Shown in pieces: positions 31,658 to 49,831 of a stretch of DNA of 64,000 nucleotides (position 1 is the stretch's first letter; every line of letters starts with the position of its first letter). Below the pieces are notes generated by a model, which saw nothing but the letters and a program-made list of their open reading frames with translations, was not told the origin of the DNA and did no database searches. Source of the DNA: the human T2T-CHM13v2.0 reference genome, Homo sapiens. A program made the translations under genes and the position numbers. The DNA lies in assembly GCF_009914755.1 (NCBI RefSeq), contig NC_060937.1, one strand, 5' to 3'.

Positions 31658-33042
31658 GATTTTTTATTTACTAAACATCCTTCAAAAACAACTCTTCCTC
31701 TCCATCTTCTTGATCTCCCTCCAGACCTCCCAAATCTCTTCTACAAATTGCCAGACTTCTACAATGCATATCTGATCCTACCATTCTCCTGTTAAAAAGC
31801 ACCAGAATTCCCTGTAGCATGCCTGTAAATGCTAAGAATTTTCTTTCTTCTCTTCCCTTCTCGGAAATTTGTGTGAATGAAAAACAAGCCAAAAAAAATA
31901 GAAAAATATGGAAAAGTTCCTAAAAAAGGCGGCTCAAATAACCACTGTTTATCCACCCAGAGAAACCAATCACTACCAACATTTTTGTGTATTTCTTTTT
32001 TCTAAATAAACTTTTTTAAATAATTCATTTATAAATGTATCTTATATTCTGCCTATTTCAATGAATGGTATACTCCAAGCATTTTCATGTTATTAAGTAC
32101 TTAATGTTTTTAAAGTTTTGAGGTAGCAAGAGTAATATCCAACTTTTATTTGAATCCTAAGTTGCATTTGAACTTTACTTGCAATACTTTCTTATGCCAT
32201 AATTTGAAAAAAAAAACAGATTTAGAACACTCTATGTGTAGATTTTATGAGCTGGTTTTCAACAGCTTCAAAGTAACTGCTAAAACAAAAACAAAAACAA
32301 AATCTGGAGGCATTTTCCCTCTAGTCATCAGTAAATCTGCTACAGCCCTTCACAGTTCTAATTACATAAGTTCTATGGTAATGTGCTATTATTATGAAAA
32401 TTCAAACTTCTATAATCAGGTTAAATCTCATCTGACCATCACCCACAGTTCCCAAACCCTTATGCACTCTTTGATGTGACTACTCAAATTAGCTTGGACT
32501 TATTTATAGATATTTTACTCTGCATATCTTTACATATTAAAGTCCTTACAAAAAATATAGCATTAGTTTGAATTTTTAAAGAGATTCAAGCATTCTGCAA
32601 CTTGCTTGAGGATATTTTCTGTTACCAGGACATAAATCTACTTCATTCTTGGTACCTGCTTCATAGTGTTCCATACTGTGGCAAAGCCCTTTCTGCTTAA
32701 GCTCAACCTGCTATACAAGAGACTCTCCCACAGTACATGAAATCTACAATATATTCATGACTGTCTATTTGAAAACTGGCATCAACTGACAAAATGTGGG
32801 ATATCTTCAGAAGAAATTAGAAAGTTAACATCTTCCTAAATAAAAAATAATAATGCAGAATTTGATAACCTGCTTTTCATAAAAACAAAATGTAGAAAAA
32901 TTCCTATTTTTTTTGAAAACTGCTAATGAAAACTCTTACTTGATTGGGTAAAAAAGGTATAATGCATTTGCATTTTCAGTTATAATTGCTCAATTCATGC
33001 AGTTCATGACTTACAAGGAGCTATTTACCCAAAGTTCATTAG

Positions 33043-33384
<342 letters not shown>

Positions 33385-33479
33385 GAAATGTCCTATGTCT
33401 TAATAAGGGTGTGGGTTACCCTTATTAGGGGTAGGTAACATAGTTGGTCTACACAGAAAGATGAAAATTTGAACTGCTT

Positions 33480-34700
33480 TAAATATATTAAAGAAATTGA
33501 ATTCACAATTTAAAACTTTCCCAGGAAAAATCACCAGGCCCACATGGTTTCACTGGAGAGCTCTATCAAACATTTAAAGAAGAAATTATACACCTACTCT
33601 TAAGAATACAAAGGAGCAAACAGTTCCCAAATAATTTTATGAAGCTAGCATGACCCTGATGCAAAAATCTTATAAGATATTAGAAAAAAAAAGAAAACAC
33701 AAATAGTATTCAGAAAAACAGATGTACACATCCTTAACAAAATATTAGCAAATCACACCCAGCAGTATAGAAAGGACTAACACACATCTTGACCAAATGA
33801 AGTTTATCACAGAAATGCAAAACTGGTATTAAATTTGAAAATAAATTAGCATGTTTCACCATACTAACAAAATAAAGGAGAAATGCCATACTATCATGTT
33901 AATAGATGCAGAAAAAAACATTTGACACTATTCAATACCCATTCATGAGTTTTAAAAAATTATTAATTCTCACCAAACTAGAAATAGAAGGAAACTTCCA
34001 CAATCTGTACAGGGTAACTACAACCTATAGCTAACATAATAATTAGTGGTGAAATACTGAATACTTCTCCTAAGACTAGAAACAAAGTACAGAAATCTAC
34101 TCTCACCACTGCTATTCATGATTGTATGGATGTCCTAGCCAGTGCGATAAAGCAAACAAACAAAACCAAATACAAGCATAAAGATTAGAAATGAAAAATT
34201 TTCTGTATTCACAGGCAACAGAAAGAACAAAGTAAGGAAATCCTAAAGAAATCTACCAAAAAAAAATTGAAAAAACTGTTGAAACTAATTAGTGAATTTA
34301 GCAATTGCAGGATACAAGATAAATGTACAAAACCAATTACATTCCTATTTACCAGCAGAAAACAAATGGAAAATTAAAAAGTGAAAACATTTACAATAGC
34401 TCAAAAACCATAAAACACTTAGAAATAAATTTAACCAAAAAAAGGTGGGGCGGTGGAGGGAGAACTCGAAAATGATAGCTGCAAAACACTGCAGAAAGAA
34501 ATTAAATGAAGAAATATACCATGTTCATGGATGTGCAAAATCAATAATGTTAGGATTTCAGTTCTCCCCAAATCAATCTACAGATTCCATGCCATTTTGA
34601 CCAAATTCCTAGCAGTACTTTTTTGTATATGTTGATAGGGTGATTTTAAAATTTACATGAAAAAGTATGTAGAATATGGCAAAATCTTGACTATTGACTA
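33480..34700 (+). mobile_element. Old L1 ORF2 fragment
   Basis: Decayed L1 RT-region motifs (ccaggcccacatggtttcactgg, atagatgcagaaaaaa...tttgac, gcaggatacaagataaat, ccatgttcatggat). Confidence 0.85.
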
Positions 34701-35265
34701 GGAATCAATAAAGTAGGAAGAGTCCAGATTTCTTGGGCACCTGAGCATGCCATTCATGAAAATGACAAATTCAGGAGGAACTAAATGAAGTCGGGGGTAA
34801 CACAGATGCAAAGACATCCATCTTGGATTTACTGAGTCTGAGGTAGTGAGCTGGATAGAGAGTTGGGGGAAGCACAATATCAAAATGGAATTCAGTTGGT
34901 AGGTGGGTTCAGGGTCTGGAGCTCAAAGAAGAGGCTGAACTGAAGGATGGAATCCTAAATTTATCAGCATATGAGGGGAAAAGGAAACTAGTTTGGATGA
35001 GATTGTGTAGTATGTGAAAAGCAGAAGCAGAACATTTCATTGAATTATTAAAGTAGCCTTCTATAGTCTCCCTGCTTTACACTAGTCCCTCTATTCATAA
35101 CACCACAGCCATGTTGGCCCAATTAAAACATAAGTCAGGTCACAATCTTTCCCTGCTCCAATCTCTCCAAAGGTTTGATTCACTCTAAGTAAAAGCCAGA
35201 AGCCTTACAATGGCCTGCAAGGTCCTACACCACTACTTCTCAGTACTGGTGGCATATTAGAATGA

Positions 35266-35804
<539 letters not shown>

Positions 35805-35909
35805 GACTATCTTATTTTAAACTGCAAACCCCCACCACCCCTACCTTACTATCAACCTTTCCTGATTTATTTTTCCCGAAAGGACTTACCACTAAAACTA
35901 TCATTATGA

Positions 35910-35948
<39 letters not shown>

Positions 35949-36597
35949 AATGTAAATTATTTTACTTATTTTAAAAAAATTATTAAAGTGAAATGCACGT
36001 AACATAAAATCACCCATTTTAAAATGAACAATTCAGTGGCATTTAATATGTTCACAATCACAGTGTTATGTAACCATCACCTTTACCTAGTTCCAAAACA
36101 TTTTGATCACTCCAAAATAGAACCCTATACACATTCAGCAGTTTTTTCCTATTCTTCCCTCCCATCGACCCTGGCAACCACCAATCTGCATTCTGTCTTT
36201 ATAGATTTACCTATTCTGAATTGTTCACATAAATGAAACCATAAACTATGTGTGATGAATCATATATGTGTGTGTTTCTGTGTGTATAAACAATTGATAG
36301 ATATAGTCCATATTCCACCTTTAGGTTATTGTGAATAGTGCTGCTATAAACATTTGTGCAAAAGTATCTGTTTGAGTAGCTGTTTTCAGTTCTTTCGAGC
36401 ATATACCTAGGAGTGGAATTGCTGGGTCATACAGTAATTTTACTTTTAACTTTTTGAGAGACTGCCACACTATTTTCCACATCATCTGAACCACTTCACA
36501 TTCCCATCAGAAACGTATGAAAATTCCAATTTCTCTACATCCTCACTGACACTTGTTATTTTTCATTGTTTCTGTTTTTATTATAGCATCTTAGTAG

Positions 36598-37119
<522 letters not shown>

Positions 37120-37634
37120 TAGACCCTGAGATACATGATTTGCAAATATTCTTTCCTTTTCTGTATGTTGTCTTTTTATTTTCATTATGTCATTTGATGC
37201 ATCCAAGTTTTTAATTTTGATGAAATCTTTTTCTTTTGTTATTCATGTTTCTGGTATCCTAAGAATCTATTGCCAAATTCAAGGTTATAAATATTTACCA
37301 ATGTTTTCTTCTAAAAGTTTATGGTTTTAGCTCTTATGTTTAGGTTATTGATCATTTTCAGTCAACTTTTATATCTAGTGTGAGGTAGGGATCTAACTTT
37401 ATTATTTTGCATTTGGCTGTGTAGTTGCCCCAGCACCATTTGTTGAAGACATTGTTCTCCACTGAATAAAGAACTGGACTGTTTTCCATTGAATGGTCTT
37501 GAAATCCTTGTCAAAAATCAATTGGCCACAGATGTTCGGGTTTATTTCTGGACTTTCAATTCTATTCCATTGATCTCTATGTCTATTCTTACATCAATAC
37601 CACACTATTTTGATTACTGTATATTTGTAGTTAA

Positions 37635-37972
<338 letters not shown>

Positions 37973-38323
37973 TTGCTCTTCTTTTTCAATGTTGTGTTGT
38001 ATTTTACTTTTTAAAAATTATTTATTGTTTCTTTCCCTAGCACAATACGGCCTCAATTAGGATATGGACGTTTGTCCATTTTGTTCACCACTGTACCCTA
38101 GCACCTAGAATAGAGCCTGACACATATTATGTGTTTGATGTTTGCTAAATGAATGAGTGGGCTCCTGAAAAGATAAAGTCATCCACAGCTGAAATAAGCG
38201 TGAGGATGGGAGTATAAGAAGCGTGGAAGAAAATACCATGGCTAAGTAATTTCTGTCAAAGAGGAGTTTACATGGCAGGGAGGAGGGGAGGCCTAGACCT
38301 TGGGCTCTAGTGCCGAGGGGCTC

Positions 38324-38640
38324 TTTCTTTTTTTTTCTTTTGGTTTTTTTTTTTTTTTTTGAGACAGAGTCTTGCTCTATCACCCAGGCTGGAGAGCAGT
38401 GACGCCATCTTAGCTCACTGCAACCTCCTCCTCCCGGATTCAAGACATTCTCCTGCCTCAGGCTCCTGCATAGCTGGGATTACGGGCACGCGCCACCACA
38501 CCAGGCAAATTTTTGTATTTTTTGTAGAGACAGGGTTTCACCACGTTGGTCAGGCTGGTCTTGAACTCCTGACCTCGTGAACCACCTGCCTCGGCCTCCC
38601 AAAGTGCTGGGATTACAGTCGTCAGCCACCACACCCGGCC
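38324..38640 (-). mobile_element. Alu (AluS-like)
   Basis: Reverse dimer with T-rich tail. Confidence 0.93.
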
Positions 38641-40242
38641 TGGAGGGGCCATTTCCAGGCTTCAATGGCAGAGTGAGCAAACAGCAGCAGCTATTGTGTG
38701 CAAGTCAGTCTTTAGTATTTCAAATGTACCAAAACTAAAAATCAGTAACTATCACATTAAACATTTTTTTCAAAAATAAAACATCAGGTAAGATGAAATG
38801 GAATGAATAACAATGAATTGTTTTCTTTGAACTGAGAGAGAAAATAGCTTTTGCATCTAATCTCAAAAGTCTCCAAAACTTTTAGTGTATACAAGTAATT
38901 CTTCTAGATAAGTTAATTTTACAGTCATACTATATATAATGCAAAAGTAACATAGTGACCTTTTTAAAAACATTCTGAACAAAATCTTAAATAAACACAA
39001 TTATCACACATCACTTTTAGTCAAATTAAATAACCTGGCAGCCACATCAGCAAGTCTGAACATTACTGTTGCTAATGGAACAGAAGGCAGTGAAGAAAAA
39101 GCAGAATTACAGGGCACACGTGATAAAGCTTAAGAAACTCATTAGTAATTTTCTTTGATGCATACTATTTACTTTTCCAATGTAAAATATTTAAAATATA
39201 AATAATTATGGAAATCCAAAGAGCACCCTACTGTTAATATATATTATGTAAACTGCCACTGAATAACTATTTGTCTTACATAGCAAATACTGCTATGTAA
39301 GAGATTAAGCAATATATTGCCGCTCCACAAATCAAGCCATATGGTCCCATCTGTTTCTAGGTTCCATTACACCACACCTACTGCTGGTTAATAAAGAAAT
39401 TGTTAAGCAGAGGATGCAAGTGTACCTCTTATTTGATTTTTTCAAAATCAACAATGTGTCGTCAATGTAACTTGGCAGGCAGTCTGATACCTGGTGGGAG
39501 TTAGATATGCGACTCTTGATCTTCCTTGCCTGGATAATGATTTACAACAATATGTGAAGTGTATAAACTGTCACTAAAATTGCATGGCGCTGGGATTTGC
39601 CAGGTGCGAATCGCTCTATCCAAGCCTCAGGGAAAATGTATAATTGCCCTATGCAATCATCCCAGCTTTAATTATGGTCTGGGCCTTTTATTCCCTGGAC
39701 GGCAGTGACAGTCTGGAGAGAGCTTTGCCACCTGCTTGGTCTTCAATTCAGCCACTAAAAGGCCATGGGCAAATACATTGCCTCAGGCAATTTATTACCT
39801 CATCTGCAAAACCCACTCCAAGGGGCAACACTGCTACTCATCCTTCAACCACAGCTCAGACATCCCAGGACTCTGTGACTCCCCCAAATAAAATTATCTT
39901 CTCAGTCAGTACCTTGTACATATTTCTATTTTCACTTGGAACTACAATTTATTGTCCATTTGTCTCTTTATTGAACAACAAAGCCTTTAAAGGCAGCAAG
40001 TATTTTACTCATTTCTGTAGCTCCAATCTCTCCCATAAAAGAGGTGTTCAATAAATTCTTATTGTTATTTATGTTAAATGACCATAGCATAGCACCCAGT
40101 GGTGCCTAGGATATAGTAGATGCTTAATACATATTAATTATTGATAGTTTTCTTCTTTTCCTTTACTTGAGATTTCACTTGTTTTCATCCTTTTATCACC
40201 ATTCTGCCATCAGAACTCAGCTCAGGCTATTATCACACTGAG

Positions 40243-40450
40243 CACTGAGGGAAGACGGAGATGATTTTGCCCCCCACGGGACATCTGGCAATGCCTACAG
40301 AAATTTTTGGTTGTTGTAACTGGGGGAGGGAGGTGCCACTGGCCTCTAGTGGGCAGAGGTCAGGGATACTGTTAAACATCCTACAAGTTGGAGGACAGTC
40401 CTGAGAATGATCGGGCTCCCAATACCAACAGAGTGGAGGTTGAGAAACCC
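40243..40450 (-). mobile_element. MER20
   Basis: gattttgccccc...gacatctggcaatg...ccactggcctctagtgggcagagg...gaggttgagaaaccc. Confidence 0.82.
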
Positions 40451-40689
40451 TCATCTAGACTTTAATTACTTGAAATCGACTTGGTTGTTTTACCCCACTC
40501 CCATTCTTTCTCTGTTGTAATTCACTCTTCCTGAAAATCTTAATCATTCTTATCCTGTTCAAAAGGTCTTACACTTCTTTTGAGTATCTTCTTTTGTTAG
40601 TTACAGTTACTGCCAGATTTTCAGTAATACTAATCAATATATCAATATGAAAAGGCAGAACTGGAGCCGTTTTAAAAATTATTACTTCC

Positions 40690-41016
40690 GGCCAGACACG
40701 GTGGCTCACACCTGTAATCCCAGCACTTTGGGATGCCAAGGCGGGCAGATGGCTTGAGCCCAGGAGTAAGAGACCAGCCTGGGCAACATAGCCAAACCCC
40801 ATCTCTACAAAAACAAAAACGAAAAACAAAAAAACAAAAATTAGCCAGGTGTGGCTCTGCAGGCCTATAGTCTCAGCTACTAGGAAGGCTGAGGTGGGAG
40901 GATCACTTGAGGCTGGGGAGTTCGAGACTCCTGTGAGCCGAGATTGTACAACTGCACTCCAGCCTAGATAAAAGGGCAAGACCCTGTCTCAAAAAAAAAA
41001 AAAAAAAAAAAAAAAA
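40690..41016 (+). mobile_element. Alu (AluJ-like), followed by a reverse Alu fragment at ~41050-41170
   Basis: Full dimer with A26 tail. Confidence 0.92.
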
Positions 41017-41629
41017 CTTATATCCTTTGTTATATTTTTTAAAAGTTTTGTTTATTGTTTTGAAAATAAAGATAGGGTCTCGCTATATTTTCTTGCTATG
41101 TCTCAAGCAATCCTCCCGCTTCAGCCTCCCAAAGTGCTAGTATTACAAGTATGAGCCACTGCGCCTGGACGAAAATTCTTATTTCTAATCTACATGCTTT
41201 ACAACTCTTAAATCAAACGAAAGTTTTAAATAAGGAGAACACCAAGGGAAAAATAACAAAGACTCTAAGGAATGGCAGCTAATTTTTCTTCACTGATCAA
41301 ATTTCTACAGCCACAAAGGCCAAATGGCCCTTCAAATTTCATTTGAAGAATAAATGCTGTGTCATTGAATGTTATATCACACACTGGACTGTTATCTCTT
41401 ATGCTGGCTAGGTATCTTTTATTCTAACCATGATTTATTTAAAATTAATGTGAACAAAAATTGGTGGGTTTTTAAAAACAGGAAATTTTAAAAAATGTTT
41501 TATTCCTTTTATTTATATGACCGTATGTTATGGAATTCCACGTAAGTATCTTAGATGTGAAAAGACACTTACATAAATAAATGGAAAAAAATGCAGTTTC
41601 TCGAGAAATACCTCACTAAAAACCATATT

Positions 41630-42940
<1,311 letters not shown>

Positions 42941-45116
42941 AAAATCCTATCCAAATGTTATAGTAATTTGCTTCATCACTACCTTCAAGGGATTTTACAA
43001 ATGGAGTTTCTCCCTCTGCCAAATTAGAGGTATTTTAATAAACTCTAATTTTCAGGTAGAAAATAATGTGCCATCGGTACCTGGAAGCCTTGGAAGAAAA
43101 CAGAATCCCTGATAAGGTAAAATGCTGGGAAATCTTCACACTCGCCCAGGCCCAGTTACATAGGTTAATCTCCTTTCAGCAGCCCACCCTCTCTGAAGGA
43201 CAGCCAGTCCCATGAGATCCCCGGCAGGCTGCCTGCCTTTCAGATCCTTTCTTCTACTTAGTGCCAATTAATGTAAACATATCCATTTTCTCTGATGGTG
43301 GTGGTTTTGAGGGGGAGAAGAAAGTACTGTTTTTAAAATAACAGTTGCTTCTATACTAAAAAGGGGAGAAAATATGGAACAATCTCTAGAGAAACCTTTT
43401 TTAATGAGATCTGTTTTCTGTTTCACAACCATCCAACAGCAATGTTACATGCCATGAATCAGTATTATTCAGCTTGATTTTCTCAGAACAAGTTATTCTT
43501 GTAATGCAAACTATAAAATTTCTTCAGTCAAAACAAATAATTAAATACAACAAACATTCCTAGATTCAACAACTGTGAGCATTCTGAAAGAAGACAGAAA
43601 TACAAATTTCTGTTATGCTAAATTTTACTAATACCCCAGAGTCTCCATGACTTCAAATCAATTGAAAAGTTCACAAAATTCAAAATTCATTCTTTCATAA
43701 AACTGACTTTAGGATCCCTCCTGGAATAGGAATATAACAGAATAGAATCTACTACATAAAAATATTATTGGGTTAAGTGAATTTACCTTACAATACACAA
43801 CTAAATATGAGAATATTTGAAGTTCATTTTAAAAATACATCATCATCACTCCTGAATTTGGGTATACTGTGGCCCAGAGGAAGTGACATAATAATCGCAT
43901 CTGATAAAATAGTCAAAAGGAAAAAAAAGAAGTGAAAATAAAAACAAATTAGCAACTAAACAACTAATTATGGTGGGAGGAGAAAGAACACACACAATCT
44001 CACTGTAAAATCAGAGACTCTCCAATAACGGCTGGATTTTTTATATTCACACTGAATTTCACATGAAACTGAAGGCCATGACTACAAGGGATATATGTGG
44101 CCCAAATGAAGACTCTTGGTTTACCAGGCAGCCTTGTGCTCATGGCAATGAAGTACTATGGTAAGCAGATGTCACTGGAATTTATACTTAATAAGCCACT
44201 TGGGAAGCCTTGGTCTACATTTACTTACATCCCTAAAATACAGTTCTCTTGGCCACTCGTACAGTTTTTTTGGCTAGAATGTTACTATTGATTGGATATC
44301 ATTTTTAAAGTTTCAACGGAGATTTTGAATTATTTTTTAAATTAAAGAAACTAGATACAGTTTTTATTGTTGCTCATTATCACTTCTTTGGAAGACAGAA
44401 CCACTATTCCATTGCCTGTTTGCTATGTAGTGAAAGGGAAGTAGAATGGGCATTAAAGCAGCAAAGACAGGAGTCTAAAGGTCATGCCCAATAGTTTGGG
44501 TCACTTAAGGTAGGTTTAGAATGTTCTATATTTTTCCATGTAATAGTCTGAATATTAAGATCATATTTAAACATTTCAGTGATAAGCCAACATAACAGTG
44601 ATACAAGAGAAGGCCAGCACTACCTTGTAGAGATCATGGTGTAAGTTTCTAGTATTGCAACCTACATTCTTTACACATACGTAATAAACTGTATATAATT
44701 TACACACACATATAGTCAGCATATTCTTGGAAACACTGTATGCCACCCCACAAATGTGTTATTTTATTATTTAAGTTTGGAAGGGCCCACAATTTAATGC
44801 TTCCAGAAGCAAGAGGCAACATGATATAATGAATAAAACACAAGAATGGAGGAAGAAGACTCCAGTCTGAGTGCTAGTACCATCACTGTCATCTTCAAGT
44901 AATTAGTCACTTCCATATTGTTTCCTCCTCTGTAAAATGGAAACAATAGTCACTACCTTTTGTGCAGAAGTACTGAGGGGATGTGAGAGAAAGCAGTTTG
45001 AAAACTGTAAACTAAGATAATATTGTATATTACCAACATGGAGGTATACTTCTGTTTATTCCTCCTGTAGGCTTCACTGTGGGAGTTAAAAGGTGCCCCA
45101 AAAATTAAAAACAACC

Positions 45117-45413
45117 GGCTGGGCGCAGTGGCTCACGCCTGTAATCCCAGCATTTTGGGAGGCCGAGGCGGGTGGATCACGAGGTCAGGAGATCGAGACC
45201 ATCCTGGCTAACACGGTGAAACCCCATCTCTACTAAAAATACAAAAAATTATCCGGGCGTGGTGGCGGGCGCCTGTAGTCCCAGCTACTCAGGAGGCTGA
45301 GGCAGGAGAATGGCATGAACCGGGGAGGCAGAGCTTGCAGTGAGCCGAGATCGCGCCACTGTACTCCGGCGTGGGGGACACAGCGAGACTCCGTCTCAAA
45401 AAAAAAAAAAAAA
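45117..45413 (+). mobile_element. AluY (young, CpG-rich)
   Basis: Near-consensus AluY; TSD aaaaattaaaaacaa. Confidence 0.96.
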
Positions 45414-46200
45414 TTAAAAACAAGCTCTTTAAACTAAAATTTAACCACCATTGACTCCAGGATCCTCAAATACACTATGTTCAAATGTAGAGATGGAACC
45501 ATAGTGAATATGAGAAGAGGGAGGGATGAAAACACAGACCACAGAGAATTTGCAGGGCAATGAGACGACTCTGCCTGATACTACCATGGTGGATACACGT
45601 CATGATACACTTGTCCAAACCCACAGAATGTACACCACCAAGAGTGAATCTCCCAAATTTCTACTCTGAGTCTGTATCCATACATTTTACACTTAAAAGC
45701 CCACTAAATATCATGAGGTGGGGGTTGTGAGTTGACGCCTGTAACATCAATTTCAAATAAGGCTGTTCGCAATCTGGCCTCCCCAGACTACATTCCCAGC
45801 CTCATCTCTTTTCACTCCCTTTGCCCATCACTCCTTCCCTCCCTGCCCAGAAGGCCCCTGTGCAGCTCTATCTTTCCTGCTCCTTCTTCAAAACAGAGCT
45901 GGAAGCCAACTTCCTGGAAACCTTCCCTGGAGGCCCCCAGGCAACAGCACTGATCAGCTCTCTGCTGCTCCTCTGGGCTTCCACAGCACCTAACATGTGC
46001 TAGTCACTCACAACAGCACTTACCACACTTGAATCCCCAGATTTGGTAAGTGTTTTCTCCAGAGATGCCTAGCCTTCTATCAGGCCACAAGCCAAGCCAC
46101 ATTGTGGTCTGTACTACCTACCTAGCATGCAGGAGGCCATCAATAAATGTTGAATGAATGAAAGTAAAATCCAGTTTTATCAATACCATTAACTATTGTA

Positions 46201-46511
46201 TTATTAATATTATTATTACTATTTTGAAAAAGGGTCTTGCTCTGTCACCCAGGATGGAGTGCAGTGGCGTGATCATGGCTCACCGCAGCCTCAACCTGCC
46301 AGGCTCAATAGATCCTCCCCCTGCAGCCTCCTGAGTATCTGGGGCTACAGGCACGCCCCACCAAGACCAGCTAAATTTTTAAAATATTTTTCTCATAGAA
46401 GGGTTTTCACCATGTTGTCCAGGCTGGTCTCAAACTCCTGGGCTCAAGCAATCTGCCCCCCTTGGTCTCCCAAAGTGCTGGGATTACAGGCATGAACCAT
46501 TGCACCTGGCC
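46201..46511 (-). mobile_element. Alu (AluJ-like)
   Basis: Reverse dimer; TSD aactattgtat. Confidence 0.9.
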
Positions 46512-46849
46512 AACTATTGTATCATTAAGCCCCATGTAATTAATTGAAGTTCTAACCTAAAGCCCATTGCTTTACTAACGCAATACAATAAATTTCTTTG
46601 AAAGACAGAATTATATAATGCATTCCCTACTTCCTATGCATAGTCTATCTACTTAAGGTAATATTATATAGAGCATAATCTGTCTGAATACTTGTAAAGT
46701 ATTAAATGACTATAAATCATCTGTTTAATATATATATTTTTAATGATGTGTGGGCAATTTTTAAAATTTTATAGATGTGTGTCTCGAGGAAGGCTGTTTC
46801 CCGGCCAAAGGCTGCCTGGGGGGGGCGGGTGGAGTTCATAAACTGATAA

Positions 46850-47271
<422 letters not shown>

Positions 47272-48078
47272 TAGGAGTTGTGGCCATTTAAAAGCATGCA
47301 AACCACTTGAATTTGTCTTCACTCTTCCAAATACCCCTTTGATTATGTGATTCTTCTGTTCAAACCATTTAATAGTTATCATGACTACGGGTTAAAATTG
47401 AATAGTTCTCCTTTGCCTACAGATTAAATCCAAATTCCTTGCCCTTCCTTCCACCTTACCCTACAAAAACCAACCTATTTAGGGAAGAGAAAGGTGGGAT
47501 CGTTGAAAACCCAACATATTTAGGGAAGTGAAAGGTGGAGTGGTTCAAGTATCAACAATGAAGTGGACACTACCCTAGCAGCTGAATATTTCAAGATAAG
47601 ACATGGTCCCTTTCCTCTATACTACTATTGAGACAGCAATCTAAACATATTATTATCAGGCAAGTAATAGGTGCACTATTACAACAGTTACTAGAAGAGT
47701 GTATTCAAAGTGGTCTGGAGGCCCCTGGCTGGCTAAAAGGGTTGGGTGGGGTTTCCTATAGGACCAGCCATGCAAACTCACTCACCCTTGAACCAGTAAA
47801 GGGTAGCAGGGAAAAACAGGAGGAAACTGTACAAAGGCTGGATCCTCCTCCTGACAGACTCAGGAAGTAGTGAAATTCCATGGCCTAGGGATGTTCTCAG
47901 CATCTCTAAGTTCTCATAAGGACTTACTGAAAGAATCTCTTCCTGTTTATGTCTTCTATTTTACCTCTACCTTCTAGTTTACCTCCCAAATCCCAAATGA
48001 GATCATTCTCATTATCCTTGACAAGACTAACTAAAAATTCACACACAGAAAATACGGAAGTCTAATCAGGAAAAATAA

Positions 48079-48375
48079 AGTCATCCCCAGGTATCTATGG
48101 GGGATTCAGTCCAGAATCCCCACAGACACCAAAATCCAAGGATGCTCAAGTCCCTCGTATAAAATGGTATATTTGCATATAACCTACCACATCCTCCCTT
48201 ATACTTTAAATCATCTTAGCTTACTTATAATACCTACTATACTGTAAATGCTATGTAAATGGTTTTTATATCTTATTTTTTATTTGTGTTATTTTTAATT
48301 TTTTCTCCAATATTTTTCATTTGTGGTTGGTTGAATCTGTTGATGCAGAAACTGCTGACTCACAGGGCCAGCTGA
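48079..48375 (+). mobile_element. MER2 (Tigger2-derived)
   Basis: gtatctatgggggatt...caccaaaatcc...gatgctcaagtccct...tataaaatgg. Confidence 0.82.
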
Positions 48376-49431
48376 ATAGAGAAATAAACCCAAATAGATT
48401 ACAGTTTGGGGAAGTAAGACATCTTACTATTGGAGAAATATTTTAATATTTGCTTTCTTGATCTCTTTCACGCTAACTACACTATGAAATCCTGGAGACT
48501 AGGATTTTATTTTTGTCACTTCATTTCGTTGTGTAGTCCCCAGGGCCTGTTCTGGGGCCTCATAGGCAGGGTAGACACAATAGACACAGAGTAAATAATG
48601 GTTGAATGAATATCCTATACAAGCCCCATAAATTTACAAGTTCCACCTTCTAAAGTGATTGCTACACCCACAAAATTGCAACACTTTAAAACCCCAAGAT
48701 ATAATCAATACAACTTTAAAAAAATAAAGTGTATTTAGAATATCTTGTAATAAAATTAGATGCAATGACAACAGAAAGCAAGTAAAACTGCCACTCCTTT
48801 GAAATAATACCAACTTGTCATTATTTGCAAACACAGCCAACACCTAATGACTGCTTTGTGTAAACATATAGTCAATAAGCTGAAAGGGAAGCATTCATGT
48901 CCATAAATGTTTGTCTTTGACAAATATTTTATTCAACTCCTATTCCTAAAAATAAAATTCTACTTCCACTAGAAAACAAAGAATGACTAAATGCATAAAC
49001 AAGACAAAGAAAACCACATGAGACCTAAAATCTTTTTAGCTTAACACATTTTTCATCTTCCACATTCATTACCACCATTCTTGGCTTCTAATAATCACTT
49101 ATGTCATTAATAATAATCACCCATATCATCAATCACTGGTGGTCTTGCTTTATGAACAAATGGTGTTCAATCCTGCATAGTTATTTGGAAACTGGAATTC
49201 ACCTTCCCCTAGAACAATGTCATGAGTGCTAATGTACTTCCCTGGCCAGCTCACTAGGATCCTCTCAACTCACAACGCAGGTGCCTTTCATACTACTAAC
49301 ACTAATTCAAATATGTGATGTCTACCTTTGGCATCTGCCAATCTGCTTTCTGTAACACCCTCTTTCCACACTTAGGTGCCTCAAACTTCTCAACAGTGCT
49401 ACTGCCCAAGCCTTAAAATGACTTACTCTCG

Positions 49432-49831
<400 letters not shown>

